Assembly (NCBI GenBank): GCA_051382295.1
Contig: JBBCAW010000074.1
Location: 1-57,393 of the forward strand
Direction of reading: 5' to 3'
DNA from: Bdellovibrionota bacterium FG-1
GTDB taxonomy: Bacteria; Bdellovibrionota; UBA1018
DNA length: 57,393 nt
Shown here: positions 20,767-30,229 of the stretch, piece by piece
Layout of the letters: each line of letters starts with the position of its first letter
How positions within the stretch are numbered: position 1 is the stretch's first letter
Notes under the pieces: model-generated
What the model saw: only the letters and a program-made list of their open reading frames with translations
Databases searched by the model: none
Told to the model about the DNA's origin: nothing
Made by a program: the position numbers and the translations under genes

Positions 20767-22206
20767 ATGCGTCAACTGTCGCTTGAGGTCCGTCTCCAAA
20801 AGATTGGGCGTTTAAAAAAAGTGATTTTGCGGGATCGAGAAGCGATTATCGATCGGATTCAGGCGGATACCGGTAAGTGTCGAAGCGACGCCCTGATGTC
20901 CGAGATCTTTCCGGTTTTGGATCATCTCGCTTATCTGGAAAAGCATGCGGCTTCGGTACTGGCTGACCGAAAAGCTCCCAACTCTATTGCTTTGCTGGGT
21001 AAGGGTTCATGGGTTTATTTTGAACCGGTAGGAACGGTGCTGGTCATCTCGCCCTGGAATTATCCCTTTTATCAAGCGATCGTACCTTGTACCTCCTCGT
21101 TTATTTGCGGCAACTCGACCGTGTATAAACCCTCTGAGCATACCCCTTTGCAGGGACTGGTTGAAAAAGTTTTGGCCGATGCCGGGTTTGAGCCTGAGTG
21201 GATTAAGGTGGTGTATGGCGATGGGGCGGTCGCTGAAAAACTGATTGCCGCAGGACCCCATAAGATTTTTTTCACGGGAAGTGTGGCCACCGGCAAAAAG
21301 ATCATGGCTCAAGCCTCAAAAGGGCTGATTCCGGTTGAACTCGAATTGGGCGGCAAAGATCCGATGATTGTTTTCGAGGACGTCAATATCGATCGTGCGG
21401 CGGCGGGGGCTTTGTGGGGTGCTATGACCAACGCCGGTCAGAGTTGTACTTCGGTTGAGCGACTTTACGTGCAGGAATCGATTTTTGAGCCTTTCAAGGA
21501 AGCTTTGGTTCGTGATGCCAAACGTCTTAAACTGGGAGTGGATCGGGACGGCAGCACGGATTACGGACGTATGACGACGCCTGCTCAGATTGAAGTCGTT
21601 CGTACACAATTAGAGGACGCGAAAGCCAAAGGTGCGCGGGTTTTGACCGGCGCTGAGTGGGATGGCAAAAATTCTCTGATCCCGCCCATCTTACTCGATC
21701 GGTTGAGTCCCGAAATGAAGATCGTACGGGAGGAGACGTTTGGTCCGGTCTTGCCCATCCTGTCGTTTAAAACCGAAGAAGAAGCGATTCGGCTGGCCAA
21801 TGATTCAGAATTTGGACTTTCGGCCAGCGTTTGGAGTGCGGATCTTGAGCGCTGCAAGCGGGTGGCCCGCGCCTTGGAAACCGGCAATGTGTCGATCAAT
21901 AACGTGATGCTGACGGAGGGCAATCATGCTTTGCCTTTTGGCGGGGTTAAATCCAGTGGGTTTGGGCGCTATAAAGGGGAGTTTGGGCTGTATTCCTTTT
22001 CGAACATCAAATCGGTGTTGATTGATAAAAATAGCGCCAAGATCGAAGCCAACTGGTTTCCTTATACTCGCAAAAAATACGAACTTTTTGCCGGTATGAC
22101 CCTGGGTTTGTTTTCGGGTGGGGTAGCGGGCCTGTTGCGGTTTGCTAAGTCTGGCATGGGATTAGAAAACCCAAAACTCACGCAGCAACCTCGGGATCTT
22201 GAGTGA
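20767..22206 (+). CDS. Aldehyde dehydrogenase
   Basis: ISPWNYP, FTGS, LELGGKDP, GQSC, EETFGP, PFGGVKSSG. Confidence 0.94.
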   Translation: MRQLSLEVRLQKIGRLKKVILRDREAIIDRIQADTGKCRSDALMSEIFPVLDHLAYLEKHAASVLADRKAPNSIALLGKGSWVYFEPVGTVLVISPWNYPFYQAIVPCTSSFICGNSTVYKPSEHTPLQGLVEKVLADAGFEPEWIKVVYGDGAVAEKLIAAGPHKIFFTGSVATGKKIMAQASKGLIPVELELGGKDPMIVFEDVNIDRAAAGALWGAMTNAGQSCTSVERLYVQESIFEPFKEALVRDAKRLKLGVDRDGSTDYGRMTTPAQIEVVRTQLEDAKAKGARVLTGAEWDGKNSLIPPILLDRLSPEMKIVREETFGPVLPILSFKTEEEAIRLANDSEFGLSASVWSADLERCKRVARALETGNVSINNVMLTEGNHALPFGGVKSSGFGRYKGEFGLYSFSNIKSVLIDKNSAKIEANWFPYTRKKYELFAGMTLGLFSGGVAGLLRFAKSGMGLENPKLTQQPRDLE

Positions 22207-22228
22207 TTTTGTGGTAAATGAAGTCATC

Positions 22229-22954
22229 ATGAGTATTCCCAAACTCGGTCCCGTGATTGCAATTGACGGCCCGGCCGGTACCGGAAAGAGTTCCGCGACG
22301 CGCAGGTTGGCGGATTTGCTTGGCTTTGTGCATATCGATACCGGGGCCCTTTATCGGGCGATCGCTTTTCTGACCCGTGAACAGCTTTCCGTTCGTTTGG
22401 TTGACTCCGCCGGCGAGCAACAAAAGGCCGCGGAAATCGCGCGGAGTGCGCATCTTGAATTTAGGCGAATGCCCCAGAAAAATCCGGCTAATCGGATCTT
22501 GGCCAATGGGCGTGATTTGACGGATTATATTCGCACGCCCGAAGTCAGTATGGCGGCCTCTCGCGTCTCGGCTCACCCTGAAGTCCGCGCGGCTCTTTTG
22601 GGGTTGCAAAGGCGTTTAGGTTGTCAGGGAAAGGCTATTCTTGAGGGGCGCGATATTGGCACAGTCATTTTTCCGGATGCGGACATCAAGTTTTTTTTGA
22701 CCGCCAGTGTGGAGGAGCGGGCCCATCGCCGCTTGATTGAGCTTGAGGCCGCGGGCGCCGATGCGCCGTCCTTTGAAGAGCTGAAGCAGCAGATGGTCGA
22801 GCGCGATCACGGCGATAGCTCCCGGGCGGTCGCTCCCTTGAAACGTGCTCCAGACGCAGTTGAAGTGGATACCACCGCCATGACTTTGGATCAGGTGGTG
22901 GGTTTAATGGAAGCGCAAGCGCGTGCGCGATGGGCGTTAGGTGATCCGAAGTGA
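22229..22954 (+). CDS. cmk: Cytidylate kinase
   Basis: IAIDGPAGTGKSS, DTGALYR, EGRDIGTVIFPDA, RDHGDSSRAVAPL. Confidence 0.93.
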   Translation: MSIPKLGPVIAIDGPAGTGKSSATRRLADLLGFVHIDTGALYRAIAFLTREQLSVRLVDSAGEQQKAAEIARSAHLEFRRMPQKNPANRILANGRDLTDYIRTPEVSMAASRVSAHPEVRAALLGLQRRLGCQGKAILEGRDIGTVIFPDADIKFFLTASVEERAHRRLIELEAAGADAPSFEELKQQMVERDHGDSSRAVAPLKRAPDAVEVDTTAMTLDQVVGLMEAQARARWALGDPK

Positions 22955-24096
22955 GTCGGGTTAAACCCTCGGGATCCTTAGGTCGAATCAGTCGTCGAGA
23001 GTCCCGGCTGGAGGCGAAAAGTCGGCTCAGGATTTTGGTGATCCGCCCTGATCGTCTCGGGGATGTGATTCTTTCGACTCCTGTTTTAGAAGCCATCCGA
23101 AAACACTATCCGCGCGTTCATCTGACCGTCCTGGTGCGTGAATCAGTCGCTCCCTTGCTTCGAGGTTTAGAAGGGGTGGATGAAGTTCTTGTTTATGATC
23201 CTGATCGAAAGCACAAAGGATTGCGGGGATTGCGGCTTTTAGTCGCTCAAATCCGAAAACGAGATTTTAGAATTTCTATTGCGCTCCATAGTCAATGGCG
23301 GCTCGCGCTCGCCGTGGTTTTGGCGCGTGTACGGTACCGGATCGGACCCTTGAGTAAAATTCATTCATTTGTTCTTTATAATCGAGGGGTGCGGCAGCAT
23401 CGCTCTCGGGTTGAAATGCACGAGGCGGATTATAATCTTCAGTTGCTCAGGCGGCTCGGAATCCGGGTGCCCTCGAGGAGTTTGGCCTTGCGGATCCATC
23501 TTCCGGATGAGCAGCGGCAAATTGTCCGTGAATGGCTTGCAAAACAGGGGTGCTTACCCGGGGAAGCCCTCGTTGCGGTTCATCCCGGTATGGGTGGATC
23601 GGCACTGAATTGGCCCGAATCGCACTATCTTGAGTTTGTGCGGATGTTGCTTCAGGAAGGCCATCGAGTCTTGCTGACGGCTGGATCTCAGGAAGTTGCA
23701 TTGGTGGAGAGATTGCGCCAAGGGGTGGCGGCGGCGGCGGGGACGTTGGCGGACAAGCTGATCGTGTATGCCAACACGGAGGGCGATTCGGTGGGTTTTT
23801 TGGCGGGTCTCTATGCCGAATCCAAAGTGGTTGTCGCTCCCAGTACTGGCCCCCTTCATATAGCCGTGGCTTTGGGTAGGCCCGTGGTGACGTTTTATCC
23901 TCCCATTCGAGTCCAAAGTGCCTTGAGATGGGGCCCTTATGTTGAGCAGGACTCTCACGCGAGTATTTTGGTGCCGGAGGTCTATTGTGGTGAGGATTTT
24001 TCTTGCCGTGGACCTTTGTGTCATTATTATCCCTGTATGAAGAGCTTGACTGTGGCGCAGGCTTTGGAACAGGTGAATATTCAGCTCTCCCGTTAG
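22951..24096 (+). CDS. GT9 glycosyltransferase (LPS heptosyltransferase-like)
   Basis: IRPDRLGDVILSTP, VHPG, STGPLHIAVALG; next to the heptose kinase gene. Confidence 0.88.
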   Translation: MSRVKPSGSLGRISRRESRLEAKSRLRILVIRPDRLGDVILSTPVLEAIRKHYPRVHLTVLVRESVAPLLRGLEGVDEVLVYDPDRKHKGLRGLRLLVAQIRKRDFRISIALHSQWRLALAVVLARVRYRIGPLSKIHSFVLYNRGVRQHRSRVEMHEADYNLQLLRRLGIRVPSRSLALRIHLPDEQRQIVREWLAKQGCLPGEALVAVHPGMGGSALNWPESHYLEFVRMLLQEGHRVLLTAGSQEVALVERLRQGVAAAAGTLADKLIVYANTEGDSVGFLAGLYAESKVVVAPSTGPLHIAVALGRPVVTFYPPIRVQSALRWGPYVEQDSHASILVPEVYCGEDFSCRGPLCHYYPCMKSLTVAQALEQVNIQLSR

Positions 24097-24111
24097 AGGC
24101 AACAAACTCAA

Positions 24112-25149
24112 ATGCGATTTTCTTCACAGCTTCAGTCCATTCAACCGTCTCAGTGGCCGCGTCCCCGTCTTGAAGCTTTACTCGGGGCGATGCGGGGTAA
24201 AAAAATCTTGGTGATCGGCGATCTCGGGGTGGATCGCTATACGATAGGAACCGTCGAGCGGATTTCGCCCGAGGCCCCAGTCCCTATTGTGCAGGTGCAA
24301 TCTGAGCAACTCAAATTGGGGCTCGCCGCCAATGTTGCGGAAAATGTGCAAGCGTTGGGTGGCAATCCTTATCTGGTCGGCGTGGTCGGACGGGATTCAG
24401 GGGCCGTCGATTTCAAAAAACTTCTGAAAGCCGTTCCCATTAGAGGCACTCACCTCGTGTCAGATCCGAGTCGTCGCACGGTCTTGAAGGATCGTGTAGT
24501 GAGTGATCGTCAACAATTGCTGCGTATCGATTTTGAAAGTCTCCATCCCATCGGCTCAAAAGTGGAAGCCCAGATTTTGGGTAAAGTTGAGGCTCTCTTG
24601 CCTAAAGTCGATGCGGTGATTATCGAGGATTATGCTAAAGGGCTGCTTTCGCAGCGGCTTTGCCGGAAAATATTTGGGTTGGCCAAAACAGCTAGAAAGC
24701 TGGTGGCTGTGGATCCCAACTCAAAGACGTTGATGCGCTTTTACTCGGGGGCTTCCGTGTTGACTCCCAACACGAAGGAGGCGGAAAGTCTGACTGGACT
24801 TAAGATTCAGGATAAAAAGTCCCTGATTCGTGTCGGAAATCAGGTTCTTCAGGCCACGGGAGCGCGATACGTGGTGGTGACTCGAGGTAAGGAGGGGATG
24901 GCCATTTTTGGGTCGGCAGGCGAGCCGGTGACGTTGATCCCCACTTATGCCCGTGAGGTGTACGATGTTTCGGGGGCTGGCGATACGGTCATTTCAGTTT
25001 TGACCTTGGCATTGGCTTCCGGGGCGTCGATTCAGGATGCCGCGATCCTGGCTAATTTGGCAGCCGGTGTTGAGGTGGGTAAACGAGGCACGGCCACGGT
25101 TTCCGGTGAGGAAATTCTGGCCGCGCTTAAGTTTTTCTGCGAATTTTAA
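24112..25149 (+). CDS. rfaE1: D-glycero-manno-heptose-7-phosphate kinase (RfaE/HldE kinase domain)
   Basis: ERISPEAPVP, DYAKG, TPNTKE, EVYDVSGAGDTV, VGKRGTA. Confidence 0.9.
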   Translation: MRFSSQLQSIQPSQWPRPRLEALLGAMRGKKILVIGDLGVDRYTIGTVERISPEAPVPIVQVQSEQLKLGLAANVAENVQALGGNPYLVGVVGRDSGAVDFKKLLKAVPIRGTHLVSDPSRRTVLKDRVVSDRQQLLRIDFESLHPIGSKVEAQILGKVEALLPKVDAVIIEDYAKGLLSQRLCRKIFGLAKTARKLVAVDPNSKTLMRFYSGASVLTPNTKEAESLTGLKIQDKKSLIRVGNQVLQATGARYVVVTRGKEGMAIFGSAGEPVTLIPTYAREVYDVSGAGDTVISVLTLALASGASIQDAAILANLAAGVEVGKRGTATVSGEEILAALKFFCEF

Positions 25150-25152
25150 ATC

Positions 25153-25563
25153 TTACTTGGTCGGCTTGGTACTCGGGCTAGGTGCGGCTTTTGGGCAATC
25201 AAAAAGCTGGATTAAGCGGGCATTGTAGTAGGTGCCGCCTTTTTCCAGATCCCAGGGTGGATAAGGAAAAAACCGCGCGTGCGCGCATTGTCCGGTTTGG
25301 GCCACCGCCCATTGGCGGTCTTCACTGCTCGCAGTATGGATGTCGCCTTGGGTATCCCTGATGGCGACCGCAAATGAAAAAAGTTGGGAGGCTGGAACGG
25401 CACGGTTACCCGTGACGATGGTTTCGTTTTGATTGACTCGTTCAACTTTGAGAATTTCGCCCTGGATGTTCTTGGCAAAGACAAAAGTATAATACCGGAT
25501 ACAAATGAAGCCGGCTGCCGCAAAAAAAAGGACTAAAATTCCAATAATCAGAGATTTACGCAT
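25153..25563 (-). CDS. Membrane-anchored hypothetical protein
   Basis: N-terminal TM helix; 136-aa ORF. Confidence 0.7.
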   Translation of the reverse strand: MRKSLIIGILVLFFAAAGFICIRYYTFVFAKNIQGEILKVERVNQNETIVTGNRAVPASQLFSFAVAIRDTQGDIHTASSEDRQWAVAQTGQCAHARFFPYPPWDLEKGGTYYNARLIQLFDCPKAAPSPSTKPTK

Positions 25564-25653
25564 GCTGAAATGGTTCTACTGGGGGGAGGCCATGATGCGC
25601 AAGTCAGTTTTAACTGGAAGTTGGCAGATAGCTGAGATATAGCCAAATGCGTC

Positions 25654-26190
25654 ATGATACCAGATTCTTACTGCATCAGTTGTCGAAAAACCCAGGTTCA
25701 GCATACCTGTGGGTTATGTGGCGAGTCCCTGTGCCGGGGCTGCGTGATTTTTTTGGAAGAAGAGGCTTTTGCCTTTCGGACTCAAGTACCGGACGAATTG
25801 AAGCACACTCATTATTGCGCGATTTGCTTTGAAGCCACCGTTCAGCCGGAGTTGGATGAGTATCAAAGAATTATGGCGCTGGCTCGTGAGGTTTACTTCT
25901 TTTTTGGCGCGCTCCGACATCCGTTGCCAGTTCTACGAAGAGCAAAAGTACCCGTTCAGATTGCTGACTGCATCGATCGTGATGAAACGATTTTGCGTCT
26001 CGGCTTTTTAGCAGCCGAGGCCGGTTATAACGGGATTATTGAGGCCGAAGTGACGGGCGAAAAGGTTCGCAACAATGGTTACCAAAAAACCCGTTGGCAG
26101 GGCATAGGTCGTCCGGCTGAGATTGACACGGGGCGCTTGGAGCGTCGAACCGGGGTCTACGGCAAAAAACAGGAATTTTCCGCCAAATAA
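25654..26190 (+). CDS. Hypothetical protein with Cys-rich zinc-finger-like N-terminus
   Basis: Four CxxC pairs (CISC, CGLC, CRGC, CAIC). Confidence 0.7.
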   Translation: MIPDSYCISCRKTQVQHTCGLCGESLCRGCVIFLEEEAFAFRTQVPDELKHTHYCAICFEATVQPELDEYQRIMALAREVYFFFGALRHPLPVLRRAKVPVQIADCIDRDETILRLGFLAAEAGYNGIIEAEVTGEKVRNNGYQKTRWQGIGRPAEIDTGRLERRTGVYGKKQEFSAK

Positions 26191-27398
26191 TGCGAAAGCA
26201 GCCCATCTCTGAGCTTAGGTTCAAACCAAGTGGACTTGGGGGGCATGATTTCATCGGCATCGGCAATGGTCATTAAGTCCTCAAGCGTGGTGGGGTGAAC
26301 CGCAAACGCCACCGCCGCTTTTCCGATATTGACCAGCATTTCCAACTCTGCGGTGCCGCGAATTCCTCCGACAAAGTCGATGCGCTTACTGGTTCGCGGG
26401 TCCTCGATTTTTAGGATCGGCGCGAGAAGTCTTTCTTGTAAAACACTGACATCGAGTGACGCGATTCCTGTTTTTTCGACGGGACGACGAGGGCGCAGGC
26501 CCAGCCAACCTCCATTCAAGAACATCGAAAATTCCCCGCGCGCGGGGGCGGGGGCGGCATCCGGTGTGATGGAGAATTCTTGCTCAAGGGCGGCCTTAAA
26601 CTCCGAAAGACTCAGTCCAGCCAGATCGAGGACGACTCGGTGATAAGGCAAAATTCGAAGCTGAGCCGCAGGGAAGGCCACCGCAAGAAAAAAGGCATGC
26701 GCCGCCGCCGTCGCTCCAACTGGAGATTGTCGGGTGAGCTCGGCGTGGGCCCGGGCCGCCGAAGCCGTACGGTGATGACCGTCAGCGATGTAGAGGCGGG
26801 CAATGGATTCAAATTCATGGATGAGGGCTTGAGGTTCCGCAATGTTCCAAAGAGTATGGGTGACACCGTCAGCGGCGGTAAAATCAAAAAGGGGAGTTTG
26901 TTGGCAAGCCCGTTGGATAAGCTGGTCAATCGAAGGTTGACCTCGATAGGTGAGGTAGGCTGGACCCGTTTGGGCTTGAAGCGCTAAAAGATGTTTGGTT
27001 CGATCGTCTTCTTTGTCTTTTCGAGTGCGTTCGTGGCGCCGGATGATTCCGTCTTCGTACTCTTGCACTGAAAAAGTCGCGGCGATCCCGGTTTGTTCAT
27101 GGCCTTGTTGGCGAAGCCGGTAGGCATAAAGCTGGGGCGTCGAATCTTGAATGAGCGGGGCGCTTATTTTGAGAGCTTCGAATTGTTTGCGAGCTTGCTC
27201 ATAGACCGGGTCCGAATAAGGGTCGACTTTTGGATCCAAATCAATTTCGGGCCGGGAGATATGTAGAAAACTCAGGGGATTGCTTTGAGCGAGCGCAGCG
27301 GCTTCGTCGCGGTTAACTACGTCATAAGGAACCGCCGAAACCGCGGCGGCTTTTTGTGGAAGGGGCCGGAGCGCTCGAAAGGGTCTCAGAGTTGCCAT
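26157..27398 (-). CDS. DUF1015 family protein
   Basis: VPYDV, HERT, YIADGHHR, RIDFVGG, MPPKSTWFEPKL. Confidence 0.9.
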   Translation of the reverse strand: MATLRPFRALRPLPQKAAAVSAVPYDVVNRDEAAALAQSNPLSFLHISRPEIDLDPKVDPYSDPVYEQARKQFEALKISAPLIQDSTPQLYAYRLRQQGHEQTGIAATFSVQEYEDGIIRRHERTRKDKEDDRTKHLLALQAQTGPAYLTYRGQPSIDQLIQRACQQTPLFDFTAADGVTHTLWNIAEPQALIHEFESIARLYIADGHHRTASAARAHAELTRQSPVGATAAAHAFFLAVAFPAAQLRILPYHRVVLDLAGLSLSEFKAALEQEFSITPDAAPAPARGEFSMFLNGGWLGLRPRRPVEKTGIASLDVSVLQERLLAPILKIEDPRTSKRIDFVGGIRGTAELEMLVNIGKAAVAFAVHPTTLEDLMTIADADEIMPPKSTWFEPKLRDGLLSHYLAENSCFLP

Positions 27399-27507
27399 AG
27401 GAAAGGCATAGCGCGGTGCCCTATTTGTGTCAATAAGTGGACCGTTCGGGGGATCTGTACTAGAATTTTAAAATGATAAAAATTTATTATGGCGAAGTTG
27501 GGGCACC

Positions 27508-28416
27508 ATGAGCTGCGTCGAGGAAGCCTTGCGATCGCAAGCATCCGTATGGCGTGAAATCGCTGAGCGCGTGAATGGACTTTCGAATCGGGAGTTTCCT
27601 TCCGAAGCCGCTAAACGAATTTTGATTTTTGGCGTGGGGAGCAGCCATCACGCGGCTCAACTCATCGCCAATACTTTGGTGCGAGATAAAAGTCGTCCTC
27701 GAATGCCGGTGTTTGCCTGCTCCAGCATGGCGATCGGGCATGATGTCGTGCCGACACGAGGAGATTGGGTTTTTGCGATCTCTCACCGAGGAAAGACGGC
27801 CTCTACTTTGGCGGCGCTCGAGGCTTGCCATCAGGCCAACGCTTTTACAGTTTTGGTTTCGGCGCGCGGGGTAAAACAGCCTGAATCGGCCCACTTGATT
27901 TTGGAGACCTGCGATCTTGAGCAAGTGGAGCCCCATACCATTTCGGTGACTTCGGCGGTTTGTGCGGTGAGTACTTTATTTTTGGGGACTAAAGCGCGCG
28001 AGGAGTGGGAAGCGATGGGCATGATTCCTTCCCCTAATCTCGAAGTCTTACAGAGACGTTTGGGCGGGGGGCCTTCCATTATTGTCGGGGAGTGGGAAGG
28101 CGAGTGGTTGGCCCGCGAAGGTGCCCTCAAATTGATGGAAATGGCGCGGCTTCCGGTGCGTGCATACAGTACTGAAGAGTTTTTTCATGGGCCGCACTTT
28201 AGTCGTGGTCCCGAGGATAAAATTTGGCAGGTGATGCACGCCAAGGATCGTCGCGCCGATGAAGTGCATGCGGCTTATCGTTTTGACATTCATGGCAACA
28301 CGCCGCTCGCGTGGGTTCCCGCGCTGGTCGAAATGCAGTGGGCGGCACTTGCCGTGGCAACTAATCGGGGGCAGGACCCTGACTTGGTCCAGGCTCCCGC
28401 CCCAGTTCAAAGTTAG
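27508..28416 (+). CDS. SIS-domain sugar isomerase/aminotransferase-like protein (GlmS C-terminal-like)
   Basis: GVGSSHHAA, AISHRGKT, AREGALKLME, EEFFHGP. Confidence 0.85.
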   Translation: MSCVEEALRSQASVWREIAERVNGLSNREFPSEAAKRILIFGVGSSHHAAQLIANTLVRDKSRPRMPVFACSSMAIGHDVVPTRGDWVFAISHRGKTASTLAALEACHQANAFTVLVSARGVKQPESAHLILETCDLEQVEPHTISVTSAVCAVSTLFLGTKAREEWEAMGMIPSPNLEVLQRRLGGGPSIIVGEWEGEWLAREGALKLMEMARLPVRAYSTEEFFHGPHFSRGPEDKIWQVMHAKDRRADEVHAAYRFDIHGNTPLAWVPALVEMQWAALAVATNRGQDPDLVQAPAPVQS

Positions 28417-29750
28417 TGGGAGAGCAAGGCGTCTAGCCAGTCCGGCACTCCGTCGGGATTGGCGTCTTTGTACGCTCTCTTGACGGCCTTCATATCGAAG
28501 TCGGTGAGGACCGTGTGAAGACAAGGGTATTTCAGGCGTCCATCTGGAAAACGCTCAGCAGATGTGTGATCTCCGTAGCTGTCGATTCGAGGATCGCAAT
28601 CGAGTCCTTGAATGGTGTCGGGTTGGGTGTAGTACATGGGAACCTTGCGCGCCAGGCACCAGTCTTCGGCAGTGGGATGGTCGGAATCACGGTAATTTTT
28701 GAGCACTCGACAATGAGTCTGGGCCGGGGTGAGGCGGTTGACTAATTGAAGAGGGGTATGGGTCGCGGGATTTTCAATCCGGCTGTCCCCATCCAGCAAG
28801 TACCCGAGATAGTCGTGGTCGGCTCCGCTGGCATGTTGTTCGCGTAAAATTGTAGTCCATTGGTGGATGATGTCGCTTAAGAAGAACTGGCTCCATTGGT
28901 CGACGGTGAGCGGACCTGGGCAAAATTCTTGATCGATGACGACTTCTTGATTGCCCACGTAAACGAAGGGGGCGGTATGATACCACCATTTATAGGGCTT
29001 GACTGAGTTTCCAAAAAACCCTTTTCTCCATCGAACATAGGTGTTTTGAAAGCGTTTGGTAAAAAACATCATCACTTTCATGCTGCGCGTGCCTTGGTAA
29101 CGGTACCAATCGTAGGTCCAAACCATCGCGCGATTGTGGCATTGCGAGTTGTGATCGAGCTGCCGTTCCTGGCTAAAAAGCTGTTGGGCATCGCTCATGG
29201 ATCCAAAAACCGTGGGCTGATAGCCATAGCTATTGGCTTCTTGCATCGCTTCGGGGAGAGGTTCCCGGGTCGGCGCTGGAGTAGCGACTGGACTCTTGGC
29301 AAGCGAAGGAGGAAGGAATGATACAGTCGAAGTCGGAATTTCTGTCTCTGTCTCTGAAATCGTGACTTCCGATGGCACTGGATCTTGTACTGGGTCTTGA
29401 TATTCTTCGGTCTCAGTGGGCGTGAGCGGGGCGACGCCGATGATTTCGTCATCATCGCCGGTTTCGCGGATCTTGAGATGCACGGGTTTGCGATTTTTTC
29501 CGGAGGATTTGCGGAGTTTTTCTACTAATTTTGTTGATTCTGGGGCGACCGTATAAACCCGTCCATCAGCCGTCGAAAGGACGCTGAACGTGGTAACCAC
29601 CCCCCCGGGGGGTGAAACTTCCAAAAGTTCCGTATCCACTACTCGCGTGGTCACGGTGTCTGCCAAGGCCCACGGGCTCGTCAATAAAATTGATAAAAAT
29701 GTTAAAAACCGACACATAACTCCCCGTCTCTCTTTCGTGAGGGGTCTCAT
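28413..29750 (-). CDS. Secreted protein-glutamine glutaminase-like protein, paralog of 3132..4169
   Basis: QCHNRAMVW, WWYHTAP, VID; shares VLST.DGRVY, SMKV.MFFT and RKVPMY with the paralog. Confidence 0.75.
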   Translation of the reverse strand: MRPLTKERRGVMCRFLTFLSILLTSPWALADTVTTRVVDTELLEVSPPGGVVTTFSVLSTADGRVYTVAPESTKLVEKLRKSSGKNRKPVHLKIRETGDDDEIIGVAPLTPTETEEYQDPVQDPVPSEVTISETETEIPTSTVSFLPPSLAKSPVATPAPTREPLPEAMQEANSYGYQPTVFGSMSDAQQLFSQERQLDHNSQCHNRAMVWTYDWYRYQGTRSMKVMMFFTKRFQNTYVRWRKGFFGNSVKPYKWWYHTAPFVYVGNQEVVIDQEFCPGPLTVDQWSQFFLSDIIHQWTTILREQHASGADHDYLGYLLDGDSRIENPATHTPLQLVNRLTPAQTHCRVLKNYRDSDHPTAEDWCLARKVPMYYTQPDTIQGLDCDPRIDSYGDHTSAERFPDGRLKYPCLHTVLTDFDMKAVKRAYKDANPDGVPDWLDALLSH

Positions 29751-29841
29751 ACTGGAAAATAACTAGGCGTGTCAACTTAAAAATGACTCATCGCACAAAA
29801 CAAGATCATTTGTAGCATAGTAATGAGTTGACTCTTCTGCT

Positions 29842-30228
29842 ATGAAGTTGCCCCTCATGGGAATCTCTCAAGGACGCCGTATATTGATTGTGGATGATGA
29901 ACCGGATCTGCGGGACATCATGCAGTTAGCCCTCCAAGCCGAAGGTTTTGATGCAAGTGTTGCGGAAAACGGGCGCGTGGCATGGGAGATCATCCAATCC
30001 GGTGAGACTGACTTGGTGATCAGTGATGTTCGCATGCCGGGAATGGATGGAATCGACCTTCTTGAGAAGATGAGGGCGGCAAATTCGACCGTGCCCGTGA
30101 TTTTAATGACCGGGTTTGCAGACATGGACGAAACGTCAGTAATAGCGCTCGGTGCCTATGAACTGCTGTCAAAACCGTTCGAGGTGGATTCGCTTTACCG
30201 GGCAGTCGTCCGTGCTCTTGCGAGCTGA
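29842..30228 (+). CDS. Single-domain response regulator
   Basis: IVDDE, ISDVRMP, MTG, KPF. Confidence 0.9.
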   Translation: MKLPLMGISQGRRILIVDDEPDLRDIMQLALQAEGFDASVAENGRVAWEIIQSGETDLVISDVRMPGMDGIDLLEKMRAANSTVPVILMTGFADMDETSVIALGAYELLSKPFEVDSLYRAVVRALAS

Positions 30229-30229
30229 T

